Origin: an uncultured Leptospiraceae bacterium
GTDB lineage: Bacteria; Spirochaetota; UBA4802; UB4802
DNA: 54,931 nucleotides
Direction: 5' to 3'
NCBI GenBank assembly: GCA_964345775.1
Contig: CAYFSO010000005.1
Coordinates: 1-54,931 of the forward strand
Of this stretch, positions 50,078-54,931 are shown piece by piece. Each line of letters starts with the position of its first letter. Positions within the stretch are counted from its first letter, which is position 1. The notes beneath the pieces are model-generated. The model saw only the letters and a program-made list of their open reading frames with translations. It made no database searches and was not told the DNA's origin. The position numbers and the translations under genes were made by a program.

Positions 50078-52573
50078 ATGAAAACAAAACCCATACGTCA
50101 CCTCATCCTTATAGCAATTATATCCATCTTCTCACTGCAGTGCGCGGTGGTGCATACCCACTTCAAGAAATCTTTGCCCGATAATACCGGTACCGCGAGG
50201 ATTGACTGCCTGGAGGAACCGGTAACCGTGAAGCGGGATTCCCTTGGTATTCCCTACATCAAGGCGCACAACGAAAAAGACCTTTTCTGCGCAGCCGGCT
50301 ACGTCACCGCCTCGTACCGCCTCACCCAGATGATCATATTGAAGCATGCCATACAGGGAAGGTTATGCGAGATCGCCGGGGAGGACATGCTGCCCCTGGA
50401 CCGCTTCATGCGATGCCTGGGGGTTTCACAGGTTGTAGGATCAACCATGAAGAAGATGGACGGGCATGCCCGCATGATGCTTACCTCGTTCGCAAAAGGG
50501 GTAAACCAGTATGTACGCAACCTCGAACAGCTGCCGCCGGAACTGGTACTTGCCGGTTACACCCCTGAAAAATGGAAACCCGAGGACTCCCTCTACATTT
50601 TCGCCATGTTGAACCTGAACGTCTCTTTCAACTTCATAGAGGAACTGCACTTTCTCATCATCGCCAGGAAGCTGGGATACAAGAAAACGGCCGAACTCTT
50701 TCCCGTGTACCATGACCGGGAGTTTCCACTGGCCGAGGCGGAAAAACTCCGGCACGTATTGCCCGATCTGCCCGTAAGGGAGCTGGAAAAAATGCACCAT
50801 GCATTGAGAAGGATGGAGGGCATATTGCGCCCTGGTATCCCCGCCTCAAATAACTGGGCCATCGCACCTTCGAAAACGAAAGGGGGTCAGAGCATCATAG
50901 CCAATGATACCCATCTCATGCTGGCACTGCCCTCCCCGTGGATAGTCATGCACCTTGAATGCCCCACCTACAGGTGCGCGGGCGTCACCCTCCCCGGAAT
51001 ACCGGTGATTACCGCCGGGTTTAATGGCACCATCGCCTGGGGAGAGACCATGGTTATGGCTGACAGCCAGGACCTGTTCATAGAAAAGATCAAGAGGGAG
51101 AAGGATACACTCCGTTACCTTTTCAAGGGTAAGTGGCTTCCCGTTAAAACACGGCAGGAGACCTTTCACATAAAGGGTGAAGAACCCGTCACCATGCCCG
51201 TGTACAGTACCCATCACGGCCCCCTCCTGAACAGCGCACTGCAGCAGATGCCGCTGCCTCCCGAGATGCCTGTACAGCCTTCGCCGGTGAACATACCATA
51301 TGGCCTCTCATTATCCTGGATAGTGGAAGACGGGGATATCACCCTTGACGCCTTTTACAGGCTTGGAAAGGCACGCTCGATGAAACAGGCAAGGGATGCC
51401 ATTTCAGACATTCGCAGTATATACCTTAACATCGTGTATGGTGACCGCCAAAACATCGGCAGGCAGGCAACCGGGTTGTATCCTGTTCGTAAAAAAGGCA
51501 CCGGCCAGTTCCCCTCTCCCGGCTGGACCGGTGAATACGAATGGGAAGGGTTTCTTCCCTTCTCCGCGCTGCCCCACGGCATGAATCCTGCCGAGGGATA
51601 CCTCTGTACCGCCAACCATCGCACCGTTGGGAAGGACTATCCCGTCCACCTCACTTCATCGTGGTATAACCAGGAAAGGGCTGAACGTATACACGGGGTA
51701 CTTTCTGGCAGCAGCAATATTGTACTTGAAGACATGGTTAGCCTGCAAAACGACCGGTATTCCATGATGGCAAAAAAAGTACAGGATATCCTTTTCAATG
51801 GCAGGACGGGAAAACTGACCAGTGAAGCAATAGACTCCATGAAACCATCACATCGAAAAGATGCTGAAAAGGCACTGCGCCTGCTGCACCCCGGAAATTT
51901 CAACTGTGTTATGGATGCAGGTTCTTCAGGTGCCGCCCTCATGGGCGCGCTGTATCATTGTTTTACCCGCTCTACATTCATGGATGAACTTGGAGACGAC
52001 GATTCAATGGAATGGGAATCGTTCATCCAGGCAAGCATGACATCCTTCTCCGCCACCGACCAGCTCCTTGCATACACGGATACTTCATCTTTCTACGATG
52101 ACGTAACCACACCCGAAGTTGAAACCAGGTATGACATCCTGGCACGCTCTTTATACCAGGCCTGGAACTATTGCGAAAAAGAACTTGGTCACGATGAAAT
52201 GAAATGGGAATGGGGAAAGCTGCATACCTACCACTGGCAGCATGATATAGCCAAAAAGACAGGTTTGCTCAAAGGTTATCTTAACAGGGGGCCTTTCCCC
52301 GCCGGAGGTGACGTGCATACGGTAAACGTGGCGGGCTTTACATGGGGTAAAGATTTCGACGTATGGATGATCCCCGCCATGCGCATGATAGTTGACTTCA
52401 ACAGCAGCGAACCCCTGCATATAATCACCACGCCCGGTCAATCAGGGCACCCCTCCAGTACTCATTACGATGACATGATACCGTATTTCCTGGAAGGACG
52501 ATACCAGAACATCCCGATGGGAGAAGAGGCCGCCAGCCGGCATTACAGCTTCACGCTGCGTCTCATTCCCTGA
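50078..52573 (+). CDS. Penicillin acylase-family Ntn hydrolase, QuiP-like acyl-homoserine-lactone acylase
   Basis: RDSLGIPYI, WKPEDS, ASNNWAI nucleophile, ANDTHL, GQSGHP; SLQC possible lipobox. Confidence 0.9.
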   Translation: MKTKPIRHLILIAIISIFSLQCAVVHTHFKKSLPDNTGTARIDCLEEPVTVKRDSLGIPYIKAHNEKDLFCAAGYVTASYRLTQMIILKHAIQGRLCEIAGEDMLPLDRFMRCLGVSQVVGSTMKKMDGHARMMLTSFAKGVNQYVRNLEQLPPELVLAGYTPEKWKPEDSLYIFAMLNLNVSFNFIEELHFLIIARKLGYKKTAELFPVYHDREFPLAEAEKLRHVLPDLPVRELEKMHHALRRMEGILRPGIPASNNWAIAPSKTKGGQSIIANDTHLMLALPSPWIVMHLECPTYRCAGVTLPGIPVITAGFNGTIAWGETMVMADSQDLFIEKIKREKDTLRYLFKGKWLPVKTRQETFHIKGEEPVTMPVYSTHHGPLLNSALQQMPLPPEMPVQPSPVNIPYGLSLSWIVEDGDITLDAFYRLGKARSMKQARDAISDIRSIYLNIVYGDRQNIGRQATGLYPVRKKGTGQFPSPGWTGEYEWEGFLPFSALPHGMNPAEGYLCTANHRTVGKDYPVHLTSSWYNQERAERIHGVLSGSSNIVLEDMVSLQNDRYSMMAKKVQDILFNGRTGKLTSEAIDSMKPSHRKDAEKALRLLHPGNFNCVMDAGSSGAALMGALYHCFTRSTFMDELGDDDSMEWESFIQASMTSFSATDQLLAYTDTSSFYDDVTTPEVETRYDILARSLYQAWNYCEKELGHDEMKWEWGKLHTYHWQHDIAKKTGLLKGYLNRGPFPAGGDVHTVNVAGFTWGKDFDVWMIPAMRMIVDFNSSEPLHIITTPGQSGHPSSTHYDDMIPYFLEGRYQNIPMGEEAASRHYSFTLRLIP

Positions 52574-53093
52574 ATTCAGAATCCAGCCTCTTTTTAATAT
52601 CTGACTTAATGGCACCGAACTTTTTCTTAACCAGGTATATGCTCATGCTCTGTTCCTGTGCAATATCAGAGTATGACTTGTTATCGCAATAATACGATCT
52701 CAGCAATTCCTGTTTTCCATCATCCATTTTCCGTATGCTGTCCATCATGGTATGCAGCACCTCGCCTTCAACAACGGTTTCCTCAATATCAGACACCCGG
52801 TCTTCATACTCCTCAATATTATAGATGAATACCATTGAATCTCTTCCAAGCCTGTTCCCGTAGCGTATTTGATCAAAAGCAATATTTCTTGCTGCTTTTT
52901 TCATGTAATTATTGCTGGAAGTGGCGTCCGGATCCGGCAGGGAACCATACAGCATCATCCTTAGAAAAAGCTCCTGCGTCAGGTCTTCGGCAAGATGGAT
53001 ATCTTCAACATATCTCATGATAATATTAAATACAACCCTGTAATAATGCACATAGCACCGTTCCACGTGTGCGAAACATACATCCACCTTCAT
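52563..53093 (-). CDS. ECF-type RNA polymerase sigma factor (divergent)
   Basis: AEDLTQELFL region 2, ARNIAFDQIR, SYSDIA region 4. Confidence 0.82.
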   Translation of the reverse strand: MKVDVCFAHVERCYVHYYRVVFNIIMRYVEDIHLAEDLTQELFLRMMLYGSLPDPDATSSNNYMKKAARNIAFDQIRYGNRLGRDSMVFIYNIEEYEDRVSDIEETVVEGEVLHTMMDSIRKMDDGKQELLRSYYCDNKSYSDIAQEQSMSIYLVKKKFGAIKSDIKKRLDSEFRE

Positions 53094-53186
53094 ATCATGA
53101 TCTCCTTCCTTGTTTTTTTAATGAAAAATAGAAGGAAAGGAAAAAGGGGTCTACTCAAAAGGGGAAATCACTTGCTTTGTGTGTTT

Positions 53187-53702
53187 TTATTTCATGTACC
53201 GTGCATATATACCTATCTTCTCCACGTATACCCGAGCGGCATGTTCTATCTCTGCAACCTGGGATTCGGTGACTTCTTTCACCACTTTGCCCGGGGAGCC
53301 CAGCACAACAGACCGTGCTGGAATTACCATGTCCTCGGGAACCAGGGTATTTGCCCCGATGATACTGTTATCCCCGACAACAGCCCCGTTGAGCAGGATT
53401 GCGTTTATCCCGATAAGGCACCTGCTGCCGATGGAGCAGCCGTGCAGCATTGCCTTGTGTCCCACCGTTACCTCTTTGCCAATGGTAAGCACGTGATCAG
53501 ACCCGGTATGCAGCACACAGCCGTCCTGTATGTTGGTACCTTCCCCGATAGTTATGCTGTTCATGTCACCCCGTATCACCGTGTTAAACCAGATACTCAC
53601 CCTGTTTTCAAGGGTAACATCCCCTATAACGGTGGCATTATCCGCGATGAAACGGGTATCACCACGCATGGTGACTTTTTTTTCTCCAAGATCCATGATC
53701 AT
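53187..53702 (-). CDS. Gamma-carbonic anhydrase family protein
   Basis: Hexapeptide repeats, RGD, NIQDGCVLH, VGHKAMLHG. Confidence 0.93.
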   Translation of the reverse strand: MIMDLGEKKVTMRGDTRFIADNATVIGDVTLENRVSIWFNTVIRGDMNSITIGEGTNIQDGCVLHTGSDHVLTIGKEVTVGHKAMLHGCSIGSRCLIGINAILLNGAVVGDNSIIGANTLVPEDMVIPARSVVLGSPGKVVKEVTESQVAEIEHAARVYVEKIGIYARYMK

Positions 53703-53718
53703 TCTGTCAACTCCTCTT

Positions 53719-54931
53719 TTATGGCATAAGCTTACCGCGTATCACACGGGTAATCTCTTCCATTTGGGCATCAGGGATATCCTCCATCCGCAACGAGCCA
53801 CCATACAAAAATGGCTCAAGCGTCTCCAAAATATCATCGGTTACCTCACCGTACTGCCCCATGAAGGACTGCAAACGTGCCTTCAGGCTGAACTCCCGTT
53901 TTGCCCTCCGGGGTAATTCCAGGTAGGTATCGATCTCCGCAAGCATGTTCTTTCTGTCACGGGGCAGTGCACCTGACACGTTCAACAGGTTGGTTGCACT
54001 GTCACTCATTATCTCGGTGTCAGCATCAATTTCTTCAACCATGATCCTCAGTTCCCCGGCCACCATCTCCTCGGGACACTCTGTAAACTCTTTACGCTGC
54101 CTTGCCTCGTCAATTGGTGTTCCCGGGAATATTTCCAGGGTGCGCAGCCGCACGAAGTCAGGACGTATCTCGGATATTACCCGGGCAGTCTCCCGTGCAT
54201 GCTCCTCGCTGTATTCCATGCCCCCGAGACCGGGCATCACGTATACTGAGCAGGACAATCCCGCTTCCCGTGTCTTCAGTCCTCCCCTCACGTGGTCTTC
54301 GGAGGTTTCCCCCTTGTTCACCATCTTGAGTACAGTATCGCTGCCGCTTTCAAGGCCGTAATGGACACGGCTGATCCCCGCCTTTGCAAAGCCTTTCAAC
54401 TCCTTCAGCGAACGGTTGCGCGAAGCGGTCCTCGTTCTACCGTATATGGTGAACCGTTCCAGGGAGGGAAAATGTATCCGGATGTGATCCATCACCTCCT
54501 GCATGAAAGCCGGTTTATGGATGAGGGAATCAGCATCACCCAGAAAGCAGGTGCGGGATCCCCCCATTCTCCATGTTACCAGGTGTTCCACGCTGTCACG
54601 CAGGGTTGGCCTGTCCTTTATCCATGACAAAAACCATACCAGCCGCTCATCCAGGTCTTCCGGCAGGTCCCGGGGAAGGCTGTCCTCGAATTGTGGTACT
54701 ATACCCGCTTCCCACTGCTCACGTTGTATGCGTTCAACGAGGGACAGTGCCTTTCCAAGATCAGCCGAAGAATAGACGGGAAACCCAATCCCGTTCTCAA
54801 AAAGAAAATCATCAAGGTTCTTCGCGTTCTGTATGTCCTGTTTTATCTCTTTAAGTGACCTCTTAGAAAATTTCGCGCCGAACTTGTACACCGGGCAGAA
54901 GGCGCACCTGTTCCAGTAACAGTTACGGGCA
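53719..54931 (-). CDS. Radical SAM protein, N-terminus outside window
   Basis: Frame stays open to window edge and reads ARNCYWNRCAFCPVYK (CxxxCxxC); FLGDADSL, GLESGSD, PDFVRLRTL. Confidence 0.9.
   Translation of the reverse strand, partial: ARNCYWNRCAFCPVYKFGAKFSKRSLKEIKQDIQNAKNLDDFLFENGIGFPVYSSADLGKALSLVERIQREQWEAGIVPQFEDSLPRDLPEDLDERLVWFLSWIKDRPTLRDSVEHLVTWRMGGSRTCFLGDADSLIHKPAFMQEVMDHIRIHFPSLERFTIYGRTRTASRNRSLKELKGFAKAGISRVHYGLESGSDTVLKMVNKGETSEDHVRGGLKTREAGLSCSVYVMPGLGGMEYSEEHARETARVISEIRPDFVRLRTLEIFPGTPIDEARQRKEFTECPEEMVAGELRIMVEEIDADTEIMSDSATNLLNVSGALPRDRKNMLAEIDTYLELPRRAKREFSLKARLQSFMGQYGEVTDDILETLEPFLYGGSLRMEDIPDAQMEEITRVIRGKLMP

Noticed and set aside
1-54931. Defence systems, mobile elements, tRNA/rRNA genes
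   Set aside because: No transposase, integrase, reverse transcriptase, restriction or tRNA/rRNA signatures seen; a tRNAscan/Rfam run would be needed to exclude small RNAs

Overview
Gene-dense bacterial chromosomal segment with no recognisable rRNA, tRNA, CRISPR array, transposase, integrase or prophage. The gene mix (7TM-DISM sensor, CHASE2 cyclase, many TPR proteins and lipoproteins, outer-membrane beta-barrels, jag, stand-alone DbpA domain, rpmH cluster uncoupled from dnaA) suggests an anaerobic, motile diderm, most plausibly a Spirochaetota member (inference). Housekeeping content: carD-yacL, PBP1A, HtrA, class III ribonucleotide reductase, rpmH-rnpA-yidD-yidC-jag-mnmE, ppdK, a complete nqrM-ABCDEF Na+-NQR operon, DsbD-like protein, purD, a QuiP-like acylase, an ECF sigma factor, a gamma-carbonic anhydrase and a radical SAM enzyme. 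Most notable observations: (1) a split class III RNR whose glycyl-radical loop is encoded as a separate 64-aa gene, with flanking stop codons that exclude a single frameshift or single read-through; (2) a degenerate flagellin-like protein paired with a type III chaperone-like gene; (3) a 60-aa YjfB-like gene behind a perfect sigma-28 promoter; (4) a 4-Cys insertion in NqrC, with dsbD divergent from the nqr operon; (5) a membrane 7TM-DISM/PAS sensor fused to an RsbW-type kinase; (6) a tandem TPR/pseudo-transglutaminase envelope cluster. All family calls come from motif recognition by eye; no searches were run.
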